32,000 bases of DNA from an uncultured Clostridiaceae bacterium (GCA_964593045.1 CAZQJQ010000004.1:18619-50618); one strand, 5' to 3'; shown: positions 1 through 9,534, counted from the stretch's first letter. The notes: generated by a model not told the origin, from the letters alone. Program-made: numbers and translations.

Positions 1-55
1 AATTCTAAAATTAAAAGGACTTATGACCTTTTAAATATACAAAGTGGAGGATAAT

Positions 56-265
56 ATGAAAATATTTTTAATGATTTTCTTTACTTTAACCATAGTTGAT
101 TTTTTAAAATTAATAAAAAAAGAAAATAATAAAAGTAAAAAAGATATTGCTGTATTTTCTATACTATCTGTTATAGCACTAGCACTTGGTTGCTTTACAT
201 GTTCACATGAATATAAATCTGATTTTATATCATTATTATTTAAATTTTTAAAAATAGGAGCGTAA
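56..265 (+). CDS. small two-helix membrane protein (about 70 aa), function unknown; possibly a germinant-receptor accessory subunit
   Basis: ORF track gives 44..265. GGAGG at 46-50 makes the in-frame ATG at 56 the likelier start. Two hydrophobic segments (IFLMIFFTLTIVDFLKLI and IAVFSILSVIALALGCF) are separated by a Lys-rich loop. The stop codon ends 2 nt before the start of the next gene. Confidence 0.5.
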   Translation: MKIFLMIFFTLTIVDFLKLIKKENNKSKKDIAVFSILSVIALALGCFTCSHEYKSDFISLLFKFLKIGA

Positions 266-267
266 TT

Positions 268-1356
268 ATGGATATACAAAATAACAAAATTAGTATTAGA
301 CAACTTCATATAATGTTTGTTGTTGGTATATGTTCATCTATCATACGAGTGGTTCCAAAATATGTGGTTGAAAGTGCAAAGCAAGCATCTTGGCTTACTC
401 CTATAATATCTTTAATACCATTTATACTATTATTATTTATTCTAAGTGCAATAATAAAAAAATATCCTGATAAACCTCTAGATGAAATATACTCTATTAT
501 ATTTGGAAAACCTATTGGAAAAGTTGTAAACTGTATATTCATATTATGGCTTTTTGTAATGCTTGCAACATATGTTAGATATTTTGCTGAAAGATTTGAA
601 TCAACAATACTAGTAACTACTCCAACAAAGTTTTTCATATTAACTATACTTATATGTACATATATTGTAACAAGAAATAAAATAAAGTACTTTGGAAGAT
701 TTAACGAATTTTTTGTTATATTATTTATAATATTTATTTTGTTTTCTTTTATAATAGCAATACCAGATATGAACATTATAAATTTTTTGCCAGTAACTTT
801 TGATGATACATCAAATATACTCTATTCCACTTTACCTCTTCTTGGTATTTGGTCATATATAACTTATATATATTTTTTAAATAACTATGTCTCTGACGGG
901 CATAATTTAAAAAAACACTTTCCAATTTTGTGTATATTTATAACAAGTCTTGCTGTTATATCCGTGCTTGTAACCGTTGGAATATTTGGTGCAAATTTAA
1001 CAACTAAATTAAATATGGCCTTTTTTATGTTTTTTAAAAATATTAATGTGATAGAAACCTTAGAAAGACTAGAATCGCTACTTATATCATTTTGGATAGT
1101 TACTGATTTTACAATGCTTTGTACAATTATATACATATTATCTAACTTAATAAAAAGGACATTTTCACTATCATATAGAAAAGAACTAGTAACCCCTATT
1201 GTACTTATAACCTGCAGTTTTTCTCAACTATTGTCTTCTAATATATTTGAAATATATAATTTTTCAAAATATGTTGTACTACCAGCAAACTTAGTTTTAG
1301 CAATTGGTCTACCCGTTATAATGTTAATTATAGGAAAAATACGAAAACTTATTTAA
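268..1356 (+). CDS. spore germination protein, GerAB/GerKB-type B subunit (APC-superfamily permease-like)
   Basis: 362 aa polytopic membrane protein with about ten hydrophobic segments. The N-terminal ISIRQL motif is typical of the spore-permease family. AGGAG lies just upstream of the ATG. Confidence 0.8.
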   Translation: MDIQNNKISIRQLHIMFVVGICSSIIRVVPKYVVESAKQASWLTPIISLIPFILLLFILSAIIKKYPDKPLDEIYSIIFGKPIGKVVNCIFILWLFVMLATYVRYFAERFESTILVTTPTKFFILTILICTYIVTRNKIKYFGRFNEFFVILFIIFILFSFIIAIPDMNIINFLPVTFDDTSNILYSTLPLLGIWSYITYIYFLNNYVSDGHNLKKHFPILCIFITSLAVISVLVTVGIFGANLTTKLNMAFFMFFKNINVIETLERLESLLISFWIVTDFTMLCTIIYILSNLIKRTFSLSYRKELVTPIVLITCSFSQLLSSNIFEIYNFSKYVVLPANLVLAIGLPVIMLIIGKIRKLI

Positions 1357-1402
1357 TTGTCTTTTTCAGATATTAGGTGTATAATCTAGTTGGTGATTAA
1401 TA

Positions 1403-2041
1403 ATGAAAAAAATTCTTAAAGTCTTCCTTGTAATTTTAGCTTTTATTGTACCCGTGATTATAGCCTTTACATTAGATATAAGAGAAAGTAAAAAAGAATC
1501 AAATACAACAACAAAACTGCCTGAACAGTCTTCTCTATCATCAGTATATAAATACTTTGATGATCAATCAGGTATTGATATAAGAATTGGGGATCAAGCT
1601 ATGGGGACATATGCTTTACAAATATATAGTACAACAGATGGTGGAAATACCTGGAAATTGCAAACACAAAATAGCGATGGTTATATAGCAGTAAATATAG
1701 ATGCAAAATACCTATTTATATCTACTGATATTGGTTTTATTGAAGATCCTTCTAAAAGTGGTGACTCTTCGGATTTACTTATGACTACAGATGGTGGTAA
1801 AACATTTAAAAAAATTGATATTGTATCCAATGATATATTAGAAACTTTTACTAATGGAAATAATATAAAGAAAAATGAAGTATTCGACTCATATACTTTA
1901 CCAACGTTAGAAAACAATGTCTTAAAATTAAATATCTATCAAGGATCTGATGGGGACTATAAAGGTGGGAAAGGCTTTTTAAAATATGAATCATATGATT
2001 TTGGAAAAACTTGGACATATATTTCATATTCAAATAATTAG
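1403..2041 (+). CDS. membrane-anchored or secreted BNR/Asp-box repeat protein
   Basis: N-terminal hydrophobic signal/anchor (ILKVFLVILAFIVPVIIAF). Three Asp-box-like motifs: STTDGGNTW, TTDGGKTF, YDFGKTW. Followed by a hairpin terminator. Confidence 0.65.
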   Translation: MKKILKVFLVILAFIVPVIIAFTLDIRESKKESNTTTKLPEQSSLSSVYKYFDDQSGIDIRIGDQAMGTYALQIYSTTDGGNTWKLQTQNSDGYIAVNIDAKYLFISTDIGFIEDPSKSGDSSDLLMTTDGGKTFKKIDIVSNDILETFTNGNNIKKNEVFDSYTLPTLENNVLKLNIYQGSDGDYKGGKGFLKYESYDFGKTWTYISYSNN

Positions 2042-2097
2042 CTTGTTTGTTATTGCTATAATCTAATTTTAAACACAATTTTTGTATGTTATAACCT

Positions 2098-2125
2098 AAA
2101 CCAGTAATATAATTACTGGTTTTTA
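2098..2125 (+). terminator. intrinsic terminator after the BNR-repeat gene
   Basis: CCAGTAAT-ata-ATTACTGG stem followed by TTTTT. Confidence 0.6.
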
Positions 2126-2166
2126 TGAACAAAAAATAAGTTGTCCAATATAATATAACTAGGAAG

Positions 2167-3039
2167 GTGATTTATGTGGATTTTGAAGATTCATTAGAAC
2201 TAAAGCAAAGTAGTACTTTAAACGTTACTTCAGGAGGAAATGTTACAACAGATTTAACACTTGATGCAGCACAAGATTTATCTACTGCATCTGTATCTGG
2301 TACAGTATATGATACAAGTATATCTGGTTCAATTTTAGGTGGAGCAACAGTAACCGTTTTTGATTCATCTGGTAACATAGTTGATTCTACTACTTCTAGT
2401 CTACTTGGTATATATTTAATATCTGGACTAACTAGTGGTACAACCTATACAATAATTGCATCAAAAGATGGCTATACAACATCTGACTCACAATCATTTA
2501 CAGCAAATATACTAATTCCTTCTGTTATTAATTTAGTTATAACACCTAATGATAATGAAAATTTAAATACAGTTTATGGAATAGTGACAGATACAAGTGA
2601 TGTTGCAATAGAAAGTGCAAATGTATCATTGAAAAATTCTTCTACCGGTGAAACTTTTTCAACAACAGCTTCTATTGCTGATGGCGAATATGTAATATAT
2701 AACATCCCAACTGGAACATATACCCTAACAGCAAATAAGTCTGGATACTATTCAACTATACAAGAAGGAATAGAGCTTACTACAAGCCAAAAAAGTGCAC
2801 AAAATATATCTTTAGAAGCTGATTCAAGTAGTAGTAATGGCAATATTTCCGGTATCATAACAGATACAAACTCAGACCCAGTAGAAAATGCATTTGTAGG
2901 ATTATATACTATAGACTCATCAGAAACTCCTGAGACTTTAATTGACTATACTTTTACAAATAGTGACGGAAGGTATATTTTTAGTAATGTTGTCCCTGAT
3001 TCTTATGTTATAAAAGCAAAATTATCTGTAAGTGCATAA
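2167..3039 (+). CDS. protein with three carboxypeptidase-regulatory-like (CarboxypepD_reg) beta-sandwich repeats and no signal peptide
   Basis: Three roughly 80-aa repeats of the pattern G-x-V-x-D...G-x-Y-x-I/L...G-Y, e.g. GTVYDTS..GIYLISGLTSGTTYTIIASKDGY, GIVTDTS..GEYVIYNIPTGTYTLTANKSGY, GIITDTN..GRYIFSNVVPDSYVIKA. AGGAAGG at 2161-2167 suggests the in-frame GTG at 2176 may be the real start. Confidence 0.75.
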   Translation: MIYVDFEDSLELKQSSTLNVTSGGNVTTDLTLDAAQDLSTASVSGTVYDTSISGSILGGATVTVFDSSGNIVDSTTSSLLGIYLISGLTSGTTYTIIASKDGYTTSDSQSFTANILIPSVINLVITPNDNENLNTVYGIVTDTSDVAIESANVSLKNSSTGETFSTTASIADGEYVIYNIPTGTYTLTANKSGYYSTIQEGIELTTSQKSAQNISLEADSSSSNGNISGIITDTNSDPVENAFVGLYTIDSSETPETLIDYTFTNSDGRYIFSNVVPDSYVIKAKLSVSA

Positions 3040-3051
3040 TGGAACAACACT

Positions 3052-3399
3052 ATGGATATATTAATTAGATCAAATATTATTCAAGTAAAAGAAAAAGAGA
3101 ATGTAATTGTTAATTTAAATATTACATCCTCTCCTAATAGTATAAATATTCTTTGTGGTAGTATATATAACAAATGTTTCAAAAGAAAAGTACCTAATGT
3201 TATAGTTTCTCTATACAGCACAGAAACAAATATGTTTTATGATACACAAACTAATAAATATGGTGAATATCTATTTTTTTCATTGTCTAAAGGTATATAT
3301 ATTATAAAATTCGAGATTAATAATTGTATAATATATAAAGACATAATAAAAATAACAGACAAAATTAATAATTATTATAATCTAAAAATATGTGTATAA
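3052..3399 (+). CDS. small protein with one CarboxypepD_reg-like domain
   Basis: 115 aa. The segment VIVSLYSTETNMFYDTQTNKYGEYLFFSLSKGIYIIKFE repeats the pattern of the upstream gene. Weak Shine-Dalgarno. Sits 12 nt after the upstream stop. Confidence 0.55.
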   Translation: MDILIRSNIIQVKEKENVIVNLNITSSPNSINILCGSIYNKCFKRKVPNVIVSLYSTETNMFYDTQTNKYGEYLFFSLSKGIYIIKFEINNCIIYKDIIKITDKINNYYNLKICV

Positions 3400-3430
3400 A
3401 AATCAAGCTACAAATGTAGCTTGATTTTTT
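3399..3430. terminator. bidirectional intrinsic terminator between convergent genes
   Basis: AAAAATCAAGCTACAAATGTAGCTTGATTTTTT is a perfect stem flanked by an A-run and a T-run. Confidence 0.7.
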
Positions 3431-4065
3431 TAATGACCTTCTTCCATTTCGGCAATCATTTTTGTTTTATGTATTGTACCATGAGGATGATGAGGTGGAG
3501 CATAAATAGAATATAGCTTTATTGGTTTATACCCTGTATTTACTACATTATGCCAGGTGCCCGCTGGTACAAATATAGCATAATCATCTTTTACTTCTTC
3601 TTCAAAATCAAGATTATCTTTTGTTTTACCCATTTTAACAATTCCTTGCCCTTCTTCTATTCTTAAAAATTGATCAGTATTTGGATGTATTTCAAGTCCT
3701 ACATCATCCCCCACATCTATTTTCATTAGAGTTGCTTGTAAATACTTTCCTGTCCATATTGCCGTCCTATAATTAGTATTTTCTAAAGTTGCCTCGTTTA
3801 TGTTTATAACAAAAGGGTTTGCCCCATAATCTTTTAACTCTATCTCTTTTTCTAACTCATTCATTCCCCTTTTTCCATAACCCATATTAGGCCATGTATT
3901 CGGTGCAAACTGATTCATAAATCCCCATGGCGCACCCATATTATACCAACCACCATAACCACTACAATATGGGCATATATTAAATGGTCCATACATATTT
4001 TCATAACCTAATGCATTTGGCATACAAAATGGTGAGTTACAAGATTTATTGTATATATTATTCAT
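3430..4065 (-). CDS. cupin-domain protein with a Tyr/Gly/Cys/Pro/Met-rich N-terminal region (spore-coat-like composition)
   Basis: The C-terminal roughly 130 aa have the cupin pattern (GLEIHPNTDQFLRIEEGQG ... FVPAGTWHNVVNTG). The N-terminal roughly 65 aa are low-complexity (CNSPFCMP..YGPFNICPYCSGYGGWYNMGAPWGF..NMGYG). Strong SD AGAGGGGGA upstream. Confidence 0.8.
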   Translation of the reverse strand: MNNIYNKSCNSPFCMPNALGYENMYGPFNICPYCSGYGGWYNMGAPWGFMNQFAPNTWPNMGYGKRGMNELEKEIELKDYGANPFVININEATLENTNYRTAIWTGKYLQATLMKIDVGDDVGLEIHPNTDQFLRIEEGQGIVKMGKTKDNLDFEEEVKDDYAIFVPAGTWHNVVNTGYKPIKLYSIYAPPHHPHGTIHKTKMIAEMEEGH

Positions 4066-4140
4066 TCTAATTCCCCCTCTTTATATACTTATATTATATT
4101 TGAAAAATATTATTACAATATTAGTATATAATTTAAGTGA

Positions 4141-5262
4141 TTAGCATAATTTTATTTCTTCTACTTTTTCCCATGGCAATTCTTGATTAGTAAAATGTCC
4201 ATAATTACTTGTTTTTTGGTATATTGGCTTATCTAAATCTAAATATTTAATTATACCTTTAGGGGTAAGGTCATATCTATCATTAACAATTTGTAATAAT
4301 TTTTCCTCTTCTACCTTTGCACTACCAAAAGTATCTATATATACAGAAACTGGTTTTGCAACTCCAATTGCATATGCTATCTGTATTTCACACTTTTTAG
4401 CAAAGTTATTCGCCACAATGTTTTTTGCAATATGTCTTGCCATATATGAAGCAGATCTATCAACTTTTGTCGGATCTTTTCCTGAAAAAGCTCCACCACC
4501 ATGTCTTGAATAACCGCCATATGTATCTACAATTATTTTTCTTCCTGTAAGTCCACTATCACCAAGTGGCCCACCAACTACAAATCTACCCGTTGGATTT
4601 ATATAATATTTTGTGTTACTATCTAAATATTTTTTATCAACAACCTTAAATACTACATATTTTAATATATCTTCTCTTAATCTTTCAAGGGATATATCTT
4701 CTTCATGTTGAGTTGATATAACAACAGTATCAATCCTTATAGGGACCATGTTATCATATTCTACAGTGACTTGAACTTTCCCATCTGGTCTTAAATAATC
4801 TATTATATTATTTTTTCTTACATATGCAAGTCTTTTAGCAAGCTTATGTGCAGTATATATTGCAAAAGGTAAATAATCAGATGTTTCATCACATGCAAAT
4901 CCAAACATTATTCCCTGATCACCTGCTCCTCCAATTAAATCATTCGTTCCAAGTGCAATATCAGGTGATTGTTTTGAAATATTTATCTCAATGTCACAAG
5001 AACAAGGATCTATATCTAAATTTTTATCCCCATATCCCACATCTTTTATGCATCTTCGTATAATTTGTTTAATATCTAAATCCGCTTTACTTGTAATTTC
5101 TCCCGTTACAAATATTTTGTTTTTTGAGGCTACTGTCTCACATGCAACTCTTGAATTCTTATCAATCAATAAATATTCATCTAATATACTATCTGATATA
5201 TAGTCACATAATTTATCTGGGTGACCCTCTGTTACACTTTCAGATGTAAATAATTTTTTCAT
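4141..5262 (-). CDS. metK: S-adenosylmethionine synthetase
   Basis: Hallmark motifs GHPDK, GAGDQG and [17 protein letters not shown] precedes the ATG at 5262. The ORF track extends 6 codons further, to 5280. Confidence 0.97.
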   Translation of the reverse strand: MKKLFTSESVTEGHPDKLCDYISDSILDEYLLIDKNSRVACETVASKNKIFVTGEITSKADLDIKQIIRRCIKDVGYGDKNLDIDPCSCDIEINISKQSPDIALGTNDLIGGAGDQGIMFGFACDETSDYLPFAIYTAHKLAKRLAYVRKNNIIDYLRPDGKVQVTVEYDNMVPIRIDTVVISTQHEEDISLERLREDILKYVVFKVVDKKYLDSNTKYYINPTGRFVVGGPLGDSGLTGRKIIVDTYGGYSRHGGGAFSGKDPTKVDRSASYMARHIAKNIVANNFAKKCEIQIAYAIGVAKPVSVYIDTFGSAKVEEEKLLQIVNDRYDLTPKGIIKYLDLDKPIYQKTSNYGHFTNQELPWEKVEEIKLC

Positions 5263-5300
5263 AATATAACCACCTTTCATAATTTATATAAATATATATG

Positions 5301-5446
5301 TTAAAAGCTCCACGTATATACGCAGAGCCTACAATCATCTTTTAATCATCACTCAAAACGCATAAGTTTTGTCGGTATTAGCACCTTGTTTTACACAGGT
5401 TGCTGTGGAGTCAAAAAGCCGATTCTCTCGTCCACTCTTGATAACA
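5301..5446 (-). promoter_or_regulatory. SAM-I (S-box) riboswitch leader of metK with terminator hairpin
   Basis: The minus strand reads TTATCAAGAGTGGACGAGAGAATCGGC...CTCCACAGCAACC...AAGGTGCTAATACCGAC. This matches the conserved S-box core (UUAUCAAGAG, GCAACC, GGUGCUAA). It is followed by the GGCTCTGCGTATATACGTGGAGC hairpin and TTTT. Confidence 0.85.
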
Positions 5447-5464
5447 TATATATTAACTAGTTAT

Positions 5465-5493
5465 ATATTATCAAAAATAAGTGTTATAGTCAA
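5465..5493 (-). promoter_or_regulatory. sigma-A-type promoter for the riboswitch-metK transcript
   Basis: Minus strand: TTGACT (5488-5493), 17-nt spacer, TAATAT (5465-5470), about 20 nt upstream of the riboswitch. Confidence 0.5.
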
Positions 5494-5589
5494 CAATATA
5501 TCATGCATTTATTGAAAAACATGTCATTTTGTGTTAAAATATATATATATTTAATTATGTTCTTTTAAAAAATTTTAGGAGGTTACAAA

Positions 5590-5904
5590 ATGAAAATTTC
5601 GTTCGCTAGGAAGGAAAAAATTATGATAAAAGGAGGTCTTAAAGATTGTTTTGTGTATAAAGTTATAGGGGAAGTAAATTCCTCTAAGAAGAAACAAATA
5701 ACAATAGACAAAAAAGGAGATGATAGCCTATCAATCTCATATATTCATAAAGGCCTTCCAAAAAAGGAAACTATACGGATTAGGGAAATAATTGAATTTA
5801 ACGATGACAATGTCAATATTTCCTTAAAAAATATAGTTAGGATATATGGAGCTGATTCAATTTTTTATCTTACTGAAGAAGCCCATAAAACCTTAGTAGA
5901 ATAA
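5590..5904 (+). CDS. hypothetical protein, 104 aa
   Basis: AGGAGG lies 7 nt upstream of the ATG. A hairpin terminator lies downstream. I recognise no motif. Confidence 0.6.
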   Translation: MKISFARKEKIMIKGGLKDCFVYKVIGEVNSSKKKQITIDKKGDDSLSISYIHKGLPKKETIRIREIIEFNDDNVNISLKNIVRIYGADSIFYLTEEAHKTLVE

Positions 5905-5941
5905 AAAAAATTAAATTTTTACTATTCGCTATAGTATGTAT

Positions 5942-5968
5942 AAGCCTCACAAAATTGTGAGGTTTTTT
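5942..5968 (+). terminator. intrinsic terminator
   Basis: CCTCAC-aaaatt-GTGAGG stem followed by TTTTTT. Confidence 0.6.
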
Positions 5969-6159
5969 ACTTTTTTAAACAAACTTTTAATATAGTTAAA
6001 ATAACTATATTGATATAGATTATATGTTTTTTAAAAATAATTGTTATTTTAACATAATAAATTTGATAATTATCTCTACAAGAATTATTTTATCTTCTAT
6101 AGATTGTTCCATTTACCTTCATTTTGTTATATATTAATAATATATATGAGGTGGAATAT

Positions 6160-6483
6160 ATGGCTAAAAATATAATTAATAAAATTTCATTTGGGAAAAA
6201 AATACGAAGCATAAGAGAAGATAAAAATATAACACAAACAAAACTTGCAGAATCTATTGGAATATCTCAAAATTTTTTAGGGGATATTGAAAGAGGTCTA
6301 AAATTACCTAGTGTTGAAACTTTAATAAAAATATCTAATTTTTTAAAAGTAAGTATAGATTCTCTTTTTGCTGAATCTTTAGATAATATTGCTAAAGAAC
6401 CAGAAGAAATATACTATTCTGATAGACAACTTGCCATAATGTCAGATGTTATAAAAACAATAAATGAAAATTTTAAGAAATAA
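6160..6483 (+). CDS. XRE-family helix-turn-helix transcriptional regulator
   Basis: Classic HTH_3 signature IRSIREDKNITQTKLAESIGISQNFLGDIERG. GAGGTGG precedes the ATG at 6160. The ORF track starts 12 codons earlier, at 6124. Confidence 0.85.
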   Translation: MAKNIINKISFGKKIRSIREDKNITQTKLAESIGISQNFLGDIERGLKLPSVETLIKISNFLKVSIDSLFAESLDNIAKEPEEIYYSDRQLAIMSDVIKTINENFKK

Positions 6484-6513
6484 AGAGTTAAAAAAGAAAA
6501 GAAAAAATAAAAC

Positions 6514-6579
6514 AAAAATAATCAGCCCATATAATATGTAATACTCAATTTTGCATGCTTATATGGATTGATTATTTTT
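6514..6579. terminator. long hairpin between convergent genes (probable bidirectional terminator)
   Basis: AAAAATAATCAGCCCATATA (6514-6533) pairs with TATATGGATTGATTATTTTT (6560-6579). The stem is 20 bp with one mismatch and one G-T. The loop is 26 nt. Confidence 0.55.
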
Positions 6580-6605
6580 GTTTATCTATTTTATATCATA
6601 TATTT

Positions 6606-7373
6606 TCATTTTATTTTAAAAAAATTTATTGCATTGTTAAAAGTAATATCTGCAATCTCTTCTTTATCAGTATTTTTATACTCTGCTAATTTCTCACAAA
6701 TAATATTAAGATTAACTGAAGAATTTCTCTTTCCTCTAAAAGGTACAGGAGAAAGATATGGAGAATCTGTTTCTATAACAATCTGTTTCATTGGTATACT
6801 TTCTATATACCTTTTAAAACTTTCATTTCTTTTATATGTAATATTTCCACCAAATGCAACCATATACCCCCTATCTAGCACTAATCTTACTAAATCATCT
6901 GATGGTTGAAAACAATGGAATAAAACTTTTTGATTATTATCTATTTTTTTTATAACATTATATGTATCTAAAGAAGCATCTCTTGAATGTATTATTATTG
7001 GTAACTGTAATGTTTTAGCTATCTCAATTTGTTTTTCAAACCCTAAAATTTGTTCTTTTTTATTATCATTTCCATAAGCATAATCTAAACCAATTTCTCC
7101 TATTGCAACTATTTTACCATTGTTTTGTTTATTATATATATCATATAATTCATCAATATTATTTTTTTGTATATCTTGTGGATGTATTCCAATAGATGCA
7201 TATATATAATCATATTTATTTGAAAGTACTATTGCTTCCCTAGAGGATTTTAAATCATATGCTGCATTTACAATATATTGTACACCTATTTTTTTACATT
7301 CATTTAATACTTTTTCTAAATCATCATGATATACTTCATCATTATAATGTGCATGCGTATCAAAAAAATTCAT
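6606..7373 (-). CDS. tatD: TatD-family metal-dependent hydrolase/DNase
   Basis: N-terminal FDTHAHY metal-binding motif. Further His/Asp/Glu ligand motifs (IGEIGLDY, IIHSRDA, FHCF, ETDSPYL). The ATG lies 1 nt after the kinase stop codon. Confidence 0.9.
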   Translation of the reverse strand: MNFFDTHAHYNDEVYHDDLEKVLNECKKIGVQYIVNAAYDLKSSREAIVLSNKYDYIYASIGIHPQDIQKNNIDELYDIYNKQNNGKIVAIGEIGLDYAYGNDNKKEQILGFEKQIEIAKTLQLPIIIHSRDASLDTYNVIKKIDNNQKVLFHCFQPSDDLVRLVLDRGYMVAFGGNITYKRNESFKRYIESIPMKQIVIETDSPYLSPVPFRGKRNSSVNLNIICEKLAEYKNTDKEEIADITFNNAINFFKIK

Positions 7374-7374
7374 A

Positions 7375-8778
7375 CTATCCTTCCTTTTTATATTCTCCTA
7401 TTTTAGTTGGTAATGTAATAATTACCTCTGTTCCTTTGTTTACTTCACTTTGTATATCTATAGTACCGTTATTTCCATCTATTATTTCTTTTACTATTGA
7501 AAGTCCTAAACCGGTTCCTCCCATATCTCTAGAACGTGCTTTATCCACCCTATAGAATCTTTCAAAAATTCTTTGTAGATCTTTTTGAGGTATTCCAATA
7601 CCATTATCTACTATTTTAATATATGCACTCTCATTTACACAGCCTAGATATACTTTTATATCTCCACCATTTGGAGTATATTTTATACTATTGCTTATAA
7701 TATTAACAATAACTTGCTCTATTGCATCTCTATCTGCATATACTCTTGGTGGTGGTACCGTAACAACGCATTCTAAATTATGTTGTTTTTCTTTCGCGTT
7801 ATATTTCATTTTTTCACATATGTTTTTAGCTAAATCATCAAGAGAAAACATCATTTTTTTCCAACTAACTTTTTTGTAATCAAATCTTGAAAGTTGTAAT
7901 AAATCTGCAACAAGTCTATCCATTCTGTTTGCCTCTTGGTTTATAACCTTAGAAAACTTCGTTGTTTCATCAGGAGTCAGATTTCCATTCATTATTGTTT
8001 CCGAATATCCTTTTATAGAAGTAAGAGGTGTTTTAAGTTCATGTGATACATTAGCAACAAATTCTTTTCTCATATTATCAAGTTTAACGTTTTCAGTAAT
8101 ATTCCTTATTACCATTATGACACCCATTGGAATTAATTTATCACTATAAAATGGTACAAATACTACATTTAGTACATTATCTTTTACCGTTACCTTAGCT
8201 TCTATACTTTTATAATTAGGTAAATACATTACTTTATCAAAATCAATATCTATTTTAAGTCGAGAAACAACTTTATCAAAAGTATCTTCTAAAGTAGAGA
8301 TGTTAAGTAATCTCATTGCACTTTTATTCATATGTACAACTTGTTTTGATACTGAATATGCTATAACTCCATCTGCCATATGTTCAAGTATTATTTCGGT
8401 TTTACTCTGTTGACTATTTAAATCAAAACTGTTTTTCTTTATAATCTGCATCATATCATCATAAGCGGCGATAAGTTCATCAGTCTCTAAATATTTACTA
8501 TAATTTTTAAGATGTTTAGTTTCAAGTATTTTACCTGAAGCAACGCTCCTCATACTTTTTTCTATTTTTCTCATAGGAAAAAGAAACATATTTAACATGA
8601 TTGTTGATAATGTAATAGAAACCATTATCAATATACAAAGAAAAATAATATTTTGAATTGCAAACATATTATCAAAATTAATTATATTTTTGGTAAATAG
8701 AAGAATAGTAGTTATATATGTTATAACTACCATAAAGACAATCAGCAACTTACTACTTAATTTTAATGAATTTCTCAT
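7375..8778 (-). CDS. walK: sensor histidine kinase, WalK/VicK-like
   Basis: Two N-terminal TM helices with a very short loop, a PAS-like region, an H-box SHELKTPLTSIKGY, and N/G boxes (ISNSIKYTPNGG, DNGIGIP, GGTGLGLSIV). Sits directly downstream of the WalR-like regulator. Confidence 0.8.
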   Translation of the reverse strand: MRNSLKLSSKLLIVFMVVITYITTILLFTKNIINFDNMFAIQNIIFLCILIMVSITLSTIMLNMFLFPMRKIEKSMRSVASGKILETKHLKNYSKYLETDELIAAYDDMMQIIKKNSFDLNSQQSKTEIILEHMADGVIAYSVSKQVVHMNKSAMRLLNISTLEDTFDKVVSRLKIDIDFDKVMYLPNYKSIEAKVTVKDNVLNVVFVPFYSDKLIPMGVIMVIRNITENVKLDNMRKEFVANVSHELKTPLTSIKGYSETIMNGNLTPDETTKFSKVINQEANRMDRLVADLLQLSRFDYKKVSWKKMMFSLDDLAKNICEKMKYNAKEKQHNLECVVTVPPPRVYADRDAIEQVIVNIISNSIKYTPNGGDIKVYLGCVNESAYIKIVDNGIGIPQKDLQRIFERFYRVDKARSRDMGGTGLGLSIVKEIIDGNNGTIDIQSEVNKGTEVIITLPTKIGEYKKEG

Positions 8779-8798
8779 ATGTTTCTCCTAAATATAAC

Positions 8799-9500
8799 CT
8801 AATTATTAGAGATATAATATCCCATCCCTCTTTTTGTAAGAACATACTTTGGATTAGATGAAGATACCTCTATTTTTTCTCTTAATCTTCTTATAGTAAC
8901 ATCAACAGTTCTTGCATCACCATAATAATCATATCCCCAAACAGATCTTAAAATTTGTTCTCTAGTGTATACTTGATTTGGAGTAGATGATAAAAGTTTT
9001 AAAAGTTCAAACTCCTTTATTGTAAGGTCTATAACTTTATTATCTATTATTGCAACATATCTTTCAGGATCTATTATCATATCTTTTATAACAATTTGTG
9101 AAGACTTCTCTTCTTTTGGCTCCTCTTCTTGTACATTACGTTTTCTTAAATTTGCTTTTATTCTAGCGATTAATTCTCTTATGCTAAAAGGTTTAGTCAT
9201 ATAATCATCCGCACCAAGCTCAAGTCCTATAATTTTATCTACAACATCTTCTTTTGCTGTTAACATTATGATTGGACAACTAAGAGTTTGCCTTATTTTT
9301 TTACACACTGTAAATCCATCTATTTTAGGTAACATTACATCCAATAATATTAGATCTGGCCTTGATTCTAAAGCAGTCTGTACCGCTTCCTCTCCATCAT
9401 ATGCTACAACTGTTTCATATCCTTCTTTCTCTAAATTAAATTTTAAAATATCAACGATTGGTTTTTCATCATCTACTATTAAAATTCTTTTTTCATCCAT
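8799..9500 (-). CDS. walR: OmpR-family response regulator, WalR/YycF-like
   Basis: Receiver domain (DDEKPI, DLILLDVMLP, IIMLTAK, GADDYMTKPF). The winged-helix segment VWGYDYYGDARTVDVTIRRLREKIE is nearly identical to Bacillus WalR as I recall it. Confidence 0.85.
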   Translation of the reverse strand: MDEKRILIVDDEKPIVDILKFNLEKEGYETVVAYDGEEAVQTALESRPDLILLDVMLPKIDGFTVCKKIRQTLSCPIIMLTAKEDVVDKIIGLELGADDYMTKPFSIRELIARIKANLRKRNVQEEEPKEEKSSQIVIKDMIIDPERYVAIIDNKVIDLTIKEFELLKLLSSTPNQVYTREQILRSVWGYDYYGDARTVDVTIRRLREKIEVSSSNPKYVLTKRGMGYYISNN

Positions 9501-9534
9501 ATATATACACCTCTATTATATAATTTATATATAA

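Noticed and set aside
306-1136. Minus-strand ORFs 306..776 and 885..1136 overlapping the GerAB-type gene
   Set aside because: They are antisense shadows of a well-supported polytopic permease gene, with no ribosome-binding sites or recognisable motifs.
6568-6909. 113-aa plus-strand ORF overlapping the 3' part of tatD
   Set aside because: It is antisense to a gene with clear TatD metal-ligand motifs, and its start lies inside the bidirectional terminator hairpin.
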